Below, piece after piece: positions 34,963-45,443 of a stretch of 64,000 nucleotides of DNA. Origin of the DNA: an uncultured Acidimicrobiia bacterium (GTDB lineage: Bacteria > Actinomycetota > Acidimicrobiia > Spongiisociales > UBA5794); assembly GCA_963714055.1 (NCBI GenBank), contig OY970227.1, forward strand, positions 298,085 to 362,084, given 5' to 3'. Under the pieces are notes generated by a model. It made no database searches. It was not told the DNA's origin and saw nothing but the letters and a program-made list of their open reading frames with translations. Made by a program: the position numbers and the translations under genes. Position 1 is the first letter of the stretch; each line of letters opens with the position of its first letter.

Positions 34963-35951
34963 TCAGTTTGCCAGCTTGGCGAGTGCCCGGCCCAATCTGG
35001 CCGGGTCGTGCTGCGGCCACGGCGCATCGGGGTCGACCAGGTCGGCCAGCAGGACGTCGACCCCGTAGGTGGCGAGCATGTCCGGGTCGACCAGGACCGC
35101 CTCCAGACCAGGCGGGGCGACGATCGGGCCCGCCTCGGCCACCACGGCGGCCGGTGGGCGGATGCTGCCCGAGCTTCATCGAGCGCCTCGATGTGGTCGA
35201 CGGCGTCCATCCCCAGCGTCTCGGCGTCCTGGGTGATGAGATTGGCCACCGACACCAGCCTCGCCCGCGACCGGTTGACGGCGTCGGCGATGCCGGGAAC
35301 GGCCAGGGTGGCGATCACCGACGTGTAGAGGCTCCCCGGGCCGATCACGATCTGGTCGGCATCGATGATCGCCCGCACCGCCCTGGCGCCGGCGGTGACG
35401 TCCTCGGGGAGCAGCCGGAGCGCCGTCACCTCTCCGGGAGTGTGGGAGATGGCCGACTGGCCCCTCACCACCTTCCCGGCGATCACGGCCTCGAGGCTCA
35501 GCCGGCGCGGCGCCGCCGGGATGACCGAGCCGATGGTGCCCAGCAGCCACTCGCACTCGGCCAGCGCCGCCTCGAACCCGCCCTGGGTGTCGGCCAGGGC
35601 GGCGATGATCAGGTTGCCCAGCGAGTGGCCCTCGACGTCGGCCCCCTCGAACCGGTACTCGAACAGGCTGCGCCAGTGCGACTCCTCCGGGGTGAGGGCG
35701 AGGAGACAGCGGCGGATGTCGCCCGGCGGGGGGATGTCGAGCGCCGGGGCCAGCCTCCCCGAGGAGCCGCCGTCGTCGGCCACGGTGACCACCGCGGCGA
35801 TCGAAGCGGCGTAGCCCGAGATCGCCTGGAGCACCTGGGCGAGCCCGTGCCCGCCGCCGATGCACACCACCCGCGGCCCGCGTCTCGTCGCCGGGGATCG
35901 GCTCGAGCACCTCGACCGGCAGCGTCGCCATCTGCCTCATCGTGCCCCTCA
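34963..35951 (-). CDS. yvcK: YvcK/CuvA-family UDP-GlcNAc-binding protein (frameshifts; start uncertain)
   Basis: IGGGHGL, VTVADDGGSSG, PPGDIR, GHSLGNL, GPGSLYTS; tail HDPARL in another frame. Confidence 0.88.
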
Positions 35952-36843
35952 TGGCGTCGACGCCGCCCTCCCCGAGGTCGCGGTGCAGCACGCTGACGTC
36001 GACCCCCTCGCCGCTGAGCACGTCGGCCAGCCGGGCGGCGATGGCCACCGACCGGTGCTTGCCGCCGGTGCAGCCGATCCCGATGGTCAGGTACTTCTTC
36101 CCCTCGGCCTCGTAGCGGGGCACGAGGAACACCAGCAGGTCGACGATGCGATCGAAGAACACCTTGGCGTCCTCGGTGGAGAACACGTACTCGTCGACAT
36201 CGGGGTCGAGCCCGGTCTGGGGGCGGAGCTCGGCCACCCAGTGCGGGTTGGGGAGGAAGCGGGCGTCGAAGAGGAGGTCGACGACGCGGGGAACGCCGTG
36301 CTTGAACCCGAACGAGATGAGCGGCGATGTGCATGGCGCGGGTCGGTGCGCTCGACGGCGAAGGCACCCTCCAGCGTCCGGCGCAGCTCGTGCACGTTGA
36401 GGTCGGTGGTGTCGACGATGATGTCCGACATCCCGCGGATCTCGACGAACGACCGCCGCTCGGCTGCGATGGACTCGGCCAGCGACTCGGCCTGGATGGG
36501 ATGGCTGCGCCGGGTCTCCTCGAAGCGCCGTGCCGAGGACGGAGTCGTCGGCGTCGAGGAACAGCACCGTGGTCTTCGCTCCCCTGCTCAGCAGGCCCTT
36601 CACGGCGGCATCGAGGTCCTCGGCGGTGACTCCACCACGGGTGTCGACCACCAGCCCCATCCGGGGATACCGCCCTTCGACCAGGCCCACCCGGTCGACC
36701 ACGTCGGTGATCAGCGTCGGCGGCAGGTTGTCGACCACGAAGTAGCCGAGATCCTCGAGCACGGCGGCCGCCTGGGAGCGTCCCGCTCCCGACATCCCGG
36801 TGATCACGATCACCTCTGGCACCACGCCGGGCGGTGGGGTCAT
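35948..36843 (-). CDS. rapZ: RNase adapter RapZ/YvcJ (frameshifts near 36530 and 36340; end uncertain)
   Basis: [43 protein letters not shown]. Confidence 0.9.
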
Positions 36844-38682
36844 CTCGCTGCCGATCCGCTGTGCAGCACTCTAAAGACCTCCTCGGCGACCGCCGCGGGC
36901 ACCACCTCGGCCAGGTCCTCCTCCGACGCCGCCCGCATCCGTTTGATCGACCCGAAGCGGCGGAGCAGGTCCTTCTTCCGGGTTGGCCCCACCCCGGCGT
37001 ATGCCGTCGAGGAGCGATCCGGTCATGCGCCGGCCACGCAGCGTCCGGTGGTAGGTGATGGCGAAGCGATGCGCCTCGTCGCGGACCCGCTGCAGGAGGT
37101 ACAGCGCCTCCTCCCCGCGGGGGATCACCACCGGGTCGGCCATCCCGGGGAGGTAGACCTCCTCGAGCCGCTTGGCGAGCCCGACCACCGGGATGTCGAG
37201 CTCGAGCTCGGCGAGCACGCCGACGGCTCTGCCCAGCTGACCGACGCCGCCGTCGATCACCACCAACGAGGGCTCGTAGGCGAAGCGGCCCCGCTCACCG
37301 ACGGGCTGGCGGCGCGAGGCGAGCAGCGCGGTGAAGCGTCGCCGCAGCACCTCCTCCATGGCGGCGAAGTCGTCCTGCCCGTCCACCGTCCGCACCTTGA
37401 ACCTGCGGTAGTCGGCGACCTTGGGGAGCCCGTCCTCGAAGACGACCATCGAGCCAACGGTGTCCCTGCCCTGGATGGTCGAGATGTCGTAGCACTCGAT
37501 CCGGAGCGGAGGCCGGTCGATGTCGAGCAGTACCTGCAGGTTGCGCAACGCCCGCGCCCTGGCGTTGTGGTCGGCGCTGCGGCGTAGCCGGTGGCGGGCG
37601 AACTCCTCGCGGGCGTTGGCGGTCGCCGTCTCCATGAGGCGACGCTTGGCACCCCGTTGCGGTCGCCGGATGCGCACCGTCGAGCCGCGGAACCGGCCGA
37701 GCACTTCCTCCCACAGCTCGAGGTCGTCGGGCCGTTCGGAGACCAGCACCGTCGACGGTGGCACGTCGCTGTCGTAGAGCCTGCCGAGCAGGACGCCCAT
37801 GAGCTCGCCCGAGGTGAGGTCCTCGACCTTGTCGAGCACCGTCGTCCGGTGCCCGGTGACCCTCCCCTTCGTCACCCGGAGCACCACCAGGACCGCCTCG
37901 AGGTCGTCCTCCTCCACCGCCACCAGGTCGAAGGTCTCCGGGCGGTCGGATACCAGCTCCTGACGGGCCAGCGCCTTCTCCACCGCGGTGGCCTGGTCGC
38001 GCAACCGGGCGGCGACCTCGTACTCCTGGCGCGAGGCGGCGTCCTCCATCTCGGTGCGGAGCCGGCTGACCGCATCGTCGCGGTCGCCGTCGAGGAAGGC
38101 GGCGAGCCCGTCGACGTATCCCTGGTACCGCTCGGGGGTCACCTCCCCCACGCACGGGCCGGAACACCGCTCGATGTGGAACAACAGGCAGGGCCGGCCG
38201 ATGCCCTGGTGGGTGCGGAACTTGCTGTCGGTGCACGTTCGGACCGGGAAGGTGCGGAGCAGCAGGTCGAGCGTCTGGCGGATGGCGTAGGCATGGGCGT
38301 AGGGCCCGAAGTACTCGACGCCCTTGCGTCGCCTTCCCCGCATGACGAGGGCGCGCGGCCACTCCTGGTCGCGGGTGATGGCGAGATAGGGGAAGCTCTT
38401 GTCGTCGCGGAGCCGGACGTTGAACCGGGAACGGTGCTCCTTGACCAGGGTGTGCTCGAGCATGAGCGCCGCCACCTCGCTCTCGGTGACGATCCAGTCG
38501 ACCGAGACGGCCGACTCGACCATCGCCCTGGTCCGAAGCGGCAGGTCGGCGGACCAGTACTGCGGCACCCGTTTCCGGAGCGATTTCGCCTTGCCGACGT
38601 ACAGCACCCCGCCGTTGACGTCTCTGAAGAGATAGACGCCCGGCGTGTCGGGAACGGTGGAGGTCTCCGGCCGGTCGATCAC
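36840..38682 (-). CDS. uvrC: Excinuclease ABC subunit C (frameshift near 37000)
   Basis: [47 protein letters not shown]; HhH tail [11 protein letters not shown] in another frame. Confidence 0.95.
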
Positions 38683-38685
38683 ACC

Positions 38686-38702
38686 GTGATTCTAAGAATC
38701 AC
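38686..38702. promoter_or_regulatory. Perfect palindrome over the uvrC -10 element
   Basis: GTGATTCT-A-AGAATCAC; contains minus-strand TAGAAT 6 nt before the GTG start. Confidence 0.5.
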
Positions 38703-38769
38703 CCGGGTTCTTCCCATACCGGCCCGTGTCTCCGGGGGCACGGGGGGCGAGGCCCCCGTGTGACGCGAA

Positions 38770-38801
38770 GAGTCCCTACCTAGCGGAGTAGGTAGGGACT
38801 C
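38770..38801 (-). terminator. Strong hairpin between the methyltransferase gene and uvrC
   Basis: 13-bp perfect stem GAGTCCCTACCTA/TAGGTAGGGACTC with 6-nt loop. Confidence 0.55.
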
Positions 38802-38890
38802 ACCGCATCGCCCCCCAGAGTGTGTGACACCACGCCCCCCGACGTGTTGCCGATCACTGCTCATAGCTTGGACCCACGGGCGACGATTGG

Positions 38891-39643
38891 CTATGGGTCG
38901 GGCGTCCCTATCTGTTCCAGAGGCTCCCGCCACAATTCTTCCAGTGGCTTCCGCCACCGGAGCCCGGCGAGACGGGGGAACCCCTCCTGGCCCTCGTAGC
39001 CCGGCATCCCGGCGAGCGTCTCCCTGCCCAGGGGGCGCTCGATCAGCTTCACCAGCACCCATCCGGCGGCGGCGGCGACCGTGAGCAGCTCCCCGAGCTG
39101 GCGGTGGTGGAAGGTGACCGTCGCCCCGCCGATGTCGGTGGGGACGGGGTGCGACGAGAAATAGCTCCCCCACCGCCACAGCACCTCACCGTCGGCGAAG
39201 CCGGTGATCGGGGCGGACCCTTCGGCGGTGAACACCGGGTGGTTGGCGACGACCACCATCACCCCACCGGGCCGCACCGCCCGGTAGGCGGCGCCGAACA
39301 AGGCGGCCAGGTCTTCGATGTGCTCGATCATCAGGACGGCGTAGACGCCGCCGAGGACGTCCCCGGCCAGCCAGTCGAGCGCCGGCAGCCGCGCCCGCAC
39401 GACGGGGGCGGTGGCCGATGCCCGCGCCGCCAACTCTGCGCTGGCGTCGACGCCGACCAGCGGGACGGCAGAGCCGGCCAGCCCTCGCATGACCCGGCCC
39501 TCGCCACAGCCCAGGTCGAGGAGCGGGCCGGCGGCGCCCTCGAGCAGCTCCACCGCCAGCGGCAGGACATCGGAGGCGAAGGCGGGGTCGGTGACGGCCT
39601 CGCCGGCCCACCAGACGGCGAGGTCGTCCCACTCGGCGGTCAC
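38891..39643 (-). CDS. Class I SAM-dependent methyltransferase
   Basis: LLDLGCGEG, VGVDAS, VRPGG..NHP. Confidence 0.85.
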   Translation of the reverse strand: MTAEWDDLAVWWAGEAVTDPAFASDVLPLAVELLEGAAGPLLDLGCGEGRVMRGLAGSAVPLVGVDASAELAARASATAPVVRARLPALDWLAGDVLGGVYAVLMIEHIEDLAALFGAAYRAVRPGGVMVVVANHPVFTAEGSAPITGFADGEVLWRWGSYFSSHPVPTDIGGATVTFHHRQLGELLTVAAAAGWVLVKLIERPLGRETLAGMPGYEGQEGFPRLAGLRWRKPLEELWREPLEQIGTPDP

Positions 39644-39674
39644 CGCCGACTCGGGGGGGACCGGAGGTGGCCGC

Positions 39675-42509
39675 TCACCGGGGCGCCCCGACCAGGTGGG
39701 CGAGGAACTTGCCGGTGTACGACCCGGCGGTGGCGGCGACCTCCTCCGGGGTCCCTTCGGCGACGACCCGGCCACCCTCTCCCCCGCCCTCGGGCCCCAG
39801 GTCGATCACCCAGTCGGCCGACTTCACCACGTCCAGGTTGTGCTCGATCACCACCACCGTGTTCCCCTGGTCGACCAGCCGCTGCAGCACCTCGAGGAGC
39901 TTGCGCACGTCCTCGAAGTGGAGGCCCGTCGTCGGCTCGTCGAGGATGTAGAAGGTCCGCCCCGTGGAGCGCTTCCCCAGCTCGGACGACAGCTTCACCC
40001 GCTGCGCCTCACCACCCGAAAGTGTCGGCGCCGGCTGCCCGAGGCGGATGTAGCCGAGCCCGACGTCGTACAGCGTCTGCAGGATGCGGGCGATCCCGGG
40101 CTGGTGCTCGAAGAAGTGCAGCCCCTCCTCGATCGACATGTCGAGCACGTCGGCGATGGAGTGGCCCTTGAACTGCACCTGGAGCGTCTCGCGGTTGTAC
40201 CGCCGACCCTTGCAGGTGTCGCATGGGATGTACACATCGGGGAGGAAGTGCATCTCGATGCGCAGCGTGCCGTCACCCTTGCAGGTCTCGCACCGGCCCC
40301 CGGCCACGTTGAAGGAGAACCGGCCCGGCTGGTACCCCCGCATCCGGGCGTCGGGTGTGGCGGCGTACAGCTGTCGGATGCGGTCGAAGGCCTTGGTGTA
40401 CGTCGCCGGGTTCGACCGGGGGGTTCGGCCGATCGGTGACTGGTCGATGTTGATCACCTTGTCGATCTGCTCGACGCCGGTGAGCCGTCGGTGCCTGCCC
40501 GGTTGCGCCCGGGAGCCGTGCAGGGCGTTGTGCAGCGCCTTGGACAGGATGTCCTCTACCAGGGTCGACTTTCCGGAGCCGGACACCCCGGTCACCGCGG
40601 TCAGCACACCGAGCGGGAACGCCACATCGATGCCGTCCAGGTTGTTCTCGACGGCGGCGATCACCTCGATCGCCTCGCCGGTCCCCTTGCGGCGATGCTC
40701 CGGGACCGGGATCGACCGGCGCCCGGCCAGGTAGTCGCCGGTGATGGAGGTGGGCTCGGCCACGATGTCCGCCAGCGAGCCCTCGGCCACGATTGCCCCG
40801 CCGTGCTCACCTGCACCGGGCCCGATGTCGACGACATGGTCGGCGATGCGGATGGTCTCCTCGTCGTGCTCGACCACGATCAGGGTGTTGCCCAGGTCCC
40901 GCAACCTGAGCAGGGTCTCGATGAGGCGGTGGTTGTCCCGCTGGTGGAGCCCGATCGACGGCTCGTCGAGGATGTAGAGCACCCCCACCAGGCCGGAGCC
41001 GATCTGGGTGGCCAGCCTGATCCGCTGCGCCTCCCCGCCGGCCAGGGTCGCCGCCGACCGCATCAGCGTCAGGTACTCCAGCCCGACGTCGACGAGGAAC
41101 CGCAGCCGGGCCACGATCTCCTTCACCACCGGCTCGGCGATGGCGCGACCCCGCTCGTCGAGCTCGAGCTCCTCGAAGAAGGCGATGGCAAGGCGCAACG
41201 GCATCGACGACACCTCGAAGACGTTGCGGTCGGCCACGGTCACGGCGAGCGACACCGGGTTGAGGCGGCCTCCCTCGCAGGCGTCGCAGGGCACCTCGCG
41301 CATGAACTCGGTGTACTGGTCTCGAGCTGCGTCCGATTCGGCGTCGCGGTAGCGCCGCTCCACCCACGGGACGACGCCCTCGTACTCCGCCTGGTAGCGC
41401 CGGGTGCGGCCGAACCGGTTCTGGTAGCTGACGGTGAAACGGCCCCGCTCGTCGCCCCCGTAGAGGATGAACTGCCGATGGCGCTCGGCCAGGTCCTCGA
41501 AGGGCGTTTCGAGGTCGAACCCCATCTCCTCGCCCACCGAGGCGAGGAGCCGCTGGAAGTAGCGCATCCGGTGCCGGCCCCCCCACGGGGCGATGGCCCC
41601 GTCGGCGATGGTCCGGCCCGGCTGGCCGACGATGAGGCTCGGGTCGACCTGGAACCGGGTGCCGATGCCGTGGCACTCGGGACACGCCCCGTACGGGCTG
41701 TTGAACGAGAAGTTGCGGGGCTGGAGCTCCTCGAACGAGTGCCCGCACCTGGCACAGGCGTATGCCTGGCTGAAGCTGAGCGTCGGGCCGTCGATGATGT
41801 CGACAATGGCGATGCCGTCTGCCAACCCGAGCGCCGTCTCCACCGACTCGGTGAGCCGCCGCTCGATGCCGTCCTTGCGGACCAGCCGGTCGATCACCAC
41901 CTCGATGGTGTGCTGGAAGTAGCGGTCGAGCCTGATGTCCTCGGTGAGGTCGTGGCTCTCGCCGTCGATGCGGGCACGGGCGAAACCGTCCTTGGCGAGG
42001 TCCTTGAGGAGCGACTCGTACTCACCCTTCCGGCCACGGACCACCGGGGCCAGCACCTGGAAGCGGGTGCCTTCGGGGAGGTCGAGCACCTGGTCGACGA
42101 TCATCTGCGGGGTCTGGCGGGCCACCGGGGTGCCGTCGTTGGGGCAGTGGGGCACGCCCACCCGTGCGTAGAGGAGCCGGAGATAGTCGTGGACCTCGGT
42201 GACCGTGCCGACGGTCGACCGCGGGTTGCGGCTCGCCGTCTTCTGGTCGATCGAGATGGCCGGCGACAGGCCCTCGATGAAGTCGACCGCCGGCTTGTCC
42301 ATCTGGCCGAGGAACTGGCGGGCGTACGCCGACAGGCTCTCCACGTACCGCCGTTGGCCCTCGGCGTAGATCGTGTCGAACGCCAGCGACGACTTGCCCG
42401 AACCGGAGAGCCCGGTGAACACGATCAGCGTGTCACGGGGAAGCTCCAGGTCGACGTTGCGCAGGTTGTGCTCCCGCGCACCCTTGACCACGATCTTGTC
42501 GCTCGCCAC
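39675..42509 (-). CDS. uvrA: Excinuclease ABC subunit A
   Basis: [16 protein letters not shown], Zn fingers, GGEAQR twice, GVSGSGKST. Confidence 0.98.
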   Translation of the reverse strand: MASDKIVVKGAREHNLRNVDLELPRDTLIVFTGLSGSGKSSLAFDTIYAEGQRRYVESLSAYARQFLGQMDKPAVDFIEGLSPAISIDQKTASRNPRSTVGTVTEVHDYLRLLYARVGVPHCPNDGTPVARQTPQMIVDQVLDLPEGTRFQVLAPVVRGRKGEYESLLKDLAKDGFARARIDGESHDLTEDIRLDRYFQHTIEVVIDRLVRKDGIERRLTESVETALGLADGIAIVDIIDGPTLSFSQAYACARCGHSFEELQPRNFSFNSPYGACPECHGIGTRFQVDPSLIVGQPGRTIADGAIAPWGGRHRMRYFQRLLASVGEEMGFDLETPFEDLAERHRQFILYGGDERGRFTVSYQNRFGRTRRYQAEYEGVVPWVERRYRDAESDAARDQYTEFMREVPCDACEGGRLNPVSLAVTVADRNVFEVSSMPLRLAIAFFEELELDERGRAIAEPVVKEIVARLRFLVDVGLEYLTLMRSAATLAGGEAQRIRLATQIGSGLVGVLYILDEPSIGLHQRDNHRLIETLLRLRDLGNTLIVVEHDEETIRIADHVVDIGPGAGEHGGAIVAEGSLADIVAEPTSITGDYLAGRRSIPVPEHRRKGTGEAIEVIAAVENNLDGIDVAFPLGVLTAVTGVSGSGKSTLVEDILSKALHNALHGSRAQPGRHRRLTGVEQIDKVINIDQSPIGRTPRSNPATYTKAFDRIRQLYAATPDARMRGYQPGRFSFNVAGGRCETCKGDGTLRIEMHFLPDVYIPCDTCKGRRYNRETLQVQFKGHSIADVLDMSIEEGLHFFEHQPGIARILQTLYDVGLGYIRLGQPAPTLSGGEAQRVKLSSELGKRSTGRTFYILDEPTTGLHFEDVRKLLEVLQRLVDQGNTVVVIEHNLDVVKSADWVIDLGPEGGGEGGRVVAEGTPEEVAATAGSYTGKFLAHLVGAPR

Positions 42510-42538
42510 CGAACCAGGCCCCCGGTCGCCGTCCGGCG

Positions 42539-42560
42539 AGTGTACCGGGAGGGTACGACA
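42539..42560 (-). promoter_or_regulatory. PafBC/RecA-NDp-type promoter of uvrA
   Basis: TGTCGT-N10-TACACT (one mismatch to TGTCGG). Confidence 0.75.
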
Positions 42561-42602
42561 CGATCGGCGGGCCCATTTCCCCGAACAGGGTGGGAAAACC
42601 GG

Positions 42603-44615
42603 CTACCGACTGGCGTCGACGATGTCGTGGAGCTCGCGCCTGAGGTCGTTGACCTCGTCGCGCAACCGGGCGGCGTACTCGAACCGCAGCTCGGCGGCGG
42701 CCTCGTGCATCTCCTCCTCGAGGCTCTGGATCAACCGCACCAGGTCGTCGTGGGACAGGTCGACGGGGGTGCGCGAGGTCAGCTCCCTGGTTCGGCGGTT
42801 GCTCGTCGCCGTGTCCCCGCTCTGGACCAGTTCCAGGATGTCAGACACCTTCTTGCGGATGGTCTGCGGGTCGATGCCGTGCTCCTCGTTGAAACGCGTC
42901 TGCATCCCGCGGCGACGGTTGGTCTCGTTGATCGCCTTCCGCATCGAGTCGGTGAGGCCGTCGGCGTACATGATCACCTCGCCCTCGACATTGCGGGCGG
43001 CGCGGCCGATGGTCTGCACCAGGCTGGTCTCCGAGCGCAGGAAGCCCTCCTTGTCGGCGTCCAGGATCGCCACCAACGACACCTCGGGCAGGTCGAGGCC
43101 CTCACGGAGCAGGTTGACCCCGACGAGGACGTCGTACTCGCCAAGGCGCAGCTCGCGGAGGATCTGCACCCGCTCCAGGGTGTCGATCTCGCTGTGGAGG
43201 TAGCGGGCGCGGAGCCCCAGCTCGAGCAGGTAGTCGGTGAGGTCCTCGGCCATCTTCTTGGTGAGGGTCGTCACCAACACCCGCTGGTCCGCCTCCGCCC
43301 GGGCGCGCACCTCCTCCATCAGGTCGTCGATCTGGCCCTTGGTGGGCTTCACCACCACCGCAGGGTCGACCAGCCCGGTGGGGCGGATGATCTGCTCGAC
43401 GACCTGGCTCGAGTGCTCGATCTCCCAGGCGGCGGGGGTGGCCGACAGGAGCAGCGCCTGTGGCGTGTGCTCGTACCACTCCTCGAAGGTGAGCGGCCGG
43501 TTGTCGACGGCGCTGGGCAGGCGGAAGCCGTGCTCGACCAGCACGTCCTTCCTGCTCCGGTCCCCGGCGAACTGCCCGTGGATCTGCGGGATGGTGACGT
43601 GGCTCTCGTCGAGGACGGTGAGGAAGTCGTCGGGGAAGTAGTCGAGCAACGTGTACGGGGCCTGTCCCGGCTGGCGCCCGTCGAGGTGGCGCGAGTAGTT
43701 CTCGATCCCGGCACAGGTCCCGATCTCCCGCATCATCTCGAGGTCGTAGTTGGTCCGCATCCGGAGCCGCTGGGCCTCGAGCAGCTTGCCTTGCCCCTCG
43801 AGCTCCGCCAGCCGCTCGGCCAGCTCGACTTCGATGCCGGCGATGGCCTTCTGCATCCGCTCCCGCTCGGTGACGTAGTGGGTGGCCGGGAGGACCCACA
43901 GCTCGGACTGCTCGCCGATGACCTCGCCGGTCACCGGATTCATCTGCAGGATGCGCTCGACCTCGTCGCCGAAGTACTCGACCCGGTACACCGTCTCCTC
44001 GTATGAAGGGAAGACCTCCAGGGTGTCCCCCCTCACCCGGAACCGGCCACGGATGAGGTTCACCTCGTTGCGCTCGTACTGGATGTCGACGAGGCGTCGC
44101 ACGGCGAAGTCGAGGGGGAGCTGCACCCCTTGGACCAGCCTGAGGAGCTGGCCCTCGTACTGCTCGGGCGAGCCCAGGCCGTAGATCGCCGACACCGAGG
44201 CGACGATGATCACGTCGCGCCGGGTGAGCAGCGCCGCCGTCGCCGAGTGGCGGAGCCGGTCGATCTCGTCGTTGATCGTCGACTCCTTCTCGATGTACGT
44301 GTCGGTCGAGGGCATGTAGGCCTCGGGCTGGTAGTAGTCGTAGTAGCTGACGAAGTACTCCACCCGGTTGTCGGGGAAGAACTGGCGGTACTCGTTGGCC
44401 AGCTGGGCGGCGAGCGCCTTGTTGGGGGCGAGCACCAGCGTCGGCTTCTGCGTCTGCTCGATCACCCAGGCGATCGTGGCCGACTTGCCCGACCCGGTGA
44501 TGCCGAGCAAGGTCTGGAACCGGTCGCCGCGGGCGACGCCCTCGGCCAGCCGTGCGATCGCCTGCGGCTGGTCCCCGGCCGGGGCGAACTCGGACTTGAG
44601 CACGAACGGCGGCAT
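42603..44615 (-). CDS. uvrB: Excinuclease ABC subunit B
   Basis: [51 protein letters not shown]-terminal UVR domain. Confidence 0.98.
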   Translation of the reverse strand: MPPFVLKSEFAPAGDQPQAIARLAEGVARGDRFQTLLGITGSGKSATIAWVIEQTQKPTLVLAPNKALAAQLANEYRQFFPDNRVEYFVSYYDYYQPEAYMPSTDTYIEKESTINDEIDRLRHSATAALLTRRDVIIVASVSAIYGLGSPEQYEGQLLRLVQGVQLPLDFAVRRLVDIQYERNEVNLIRGRFRVRGDTLEVFPSYEETVYRVEYFGDEVERILQMNPVTGEVIGEQSELWVLPATHYVTERERMQKAIAGIEVELAERLAELEGQGKLLEAQRLRMRTNYDLEMMREIGTCAGIENYSRHLDGRQPGQAPYTLLDYFPDDFLTVLDESHVTIPQIHGQFAGDRSRKDVLVEHGFRLPSAVDNRPLTFEEWYEHTPQALLLSATPAAWEIEHSSQVVEQIIRPTGLVDPAVVVKPTKGQIDDLMEEVRARAEADQRVLVTTLTKKMAEDLTDYLLELGLRARYLHSEIDTLERVQILRELRLGEYDVLVGVNLLREGLDLPEVSLVAILDADKEGFLRSETSLVQTIGRAARNVEGEVIMYADGLTDSMRKAINETNRRRGMQTRFNEEHGIDPQTIRKKVSDILELVQSGDTATSNRRTRELTSRTPVDLSHDDLVRLIQSLEEEMHEAAAELRFEYAARLRDEVNDLRRELHDIVDASR

Positions 44616-44621
44616 CCGCCC

Positions 44622-44643
44622 AGGGTACCGGCGGCCCCCGACA
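44622..44643 (-). promoter_or_regulatory. PafBC/RecA-NDp-type promoter of uvrB (leaderless)
   Basis: TGTCGG-N10-TACCCT-N6-ATG. Confidence 0.85.
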
Positions 44644-44672
44644 GGAAACGCCGAACCACCTCACCGCCCCCG

Positions 44673-44795
44673 CCAACTTTGAGCGATTGAACACACCCAG
44701 TGGCGTCACTCGCTCAAAGTTGGATTAACTGCCAAAGCCCGAAGCGAACTTTGAGCGATTGAACACACCCAGTGGCGTCACTCGCTCAAAGTTGG
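44673..44795. repeat. Two tandem copies of a palindromic REP-like element
   Basis: AACTTTGAGCGATTGAACACACCCAGTGGCGTCACTCGCTCAAAGTTGG at 44675 and 44747, identical, 23-nt spacer. Confidence 0.9.
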
Positions 44796-45421
44796 TCGGG
44801 CAGGACGATGGCGTCGATCCAGGCGGTCCACCAGCGGTCGACGACGGCCTCGAGGTCCTCGAATGTCCCGTCGTTGTCGATCACGGAGTCGGCCGCCGCC
44901 CGCCACTCGTCGAGGTCGGGCTGGGCCTGCATCCGCCTGGTCACGTCCTCCGGGTCCATGCCGCGCTCCACCGCCCTGCGATACCGCAGCGGCGTCGGGG
45001 CCAGGACCACGAGGCGGTGCCAGGGCAGGGGCGGGTCGATCAGCGGCATCTCGACCGCGGTGACCCCGTCGGGCGCACCGGCGACCAGTACTTCGATCCG
45101 GGCGGCGATGTGGGGATGGGTGAGCGCTTCGAGCGCAGCCAGCTCGGCGCGGTCGGCAAAGACGACAGTGGCCAGCCGGGCCCGATCGACCACCGGACCA
45201 CCCGCCTCGTCGACGACGACCGAAGGCCACCGCTCGGCCACCGCGGCGAATGCCTCGCCGCCGGGAGCGAGGACGGCGTGGCCGACTGTGTCGGCGTCGA
45301 CCACGAAGGCTCCCCGGTCGGCGAGCAAGGCCGCCACCGCCGACTTGCCGGAACCGAGCGGTCCGACGATCACCAGCCGGCGAAGTGGCGAGTCGGGCCC
45401 GGATCGAGCCGTTTCTGTCAC
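44786..45421 (-). CDS. coaE: Dephospho-CoA kinase
   Basis: GPLGSGKSAV, VVDAD, VDRARLA..VF..LEALTHP, IDNDG; conserved position before uvrB. Confidence 0.92.
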   Translation of the reverse strand: MTETARSGPDSPLRRLVIVGPLGSGKSAVAALLADRGAFVVDADTVGHAVLAPGGEAFAAVAERWPSVVVDEAGGPVVDRARLATVVFADRAELAALEALTHPHIAARIEVLVAGAPDGVTAVEMPLIDPPLPWHRLVVLAPTPLRYRRAVERGMDPEDVTRRMQAQPDLDEWRAAADSVIDNDGTFEDLEAVVDRWWTAWIDAIVLPDQL

Positions 45422-45437
45422 CCGGCGACTGTACCCT
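45416..45437 (+). promoter_or_regulatory. PafBC-like promoter variant of the sensor kinase, overlapping the divergent coaE promoter
   Basis: TGTCAC-N10-TACCCT-N6-ATG; the hexamer coincides with the coaE start codons. Confidence 0.45.
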
Positions 45438-45443
45438 TGGACC

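Noticed and set aside
35176-36843. 555-aa extended RapZ ORF
   Set aside because: Contains out-of-frame stretches and runs over yvcK in the wrong frame; produced by indels
40491-44006. 1171-aa plus-strand ORF and similar long antisense ORFs (2855-4768, 55595-58420)
   Set aside because: Shadow frames of uvrA/uvrB, helY and polA, expected from high-GC codon bias; no motifs
44673-44795. Possible mini CRISPR array
   Set aside because: Only two adjacent ~49-bp repeats with a 23-nt spacer, a dispersed third copy and no cas genes; fits a REP-like element better
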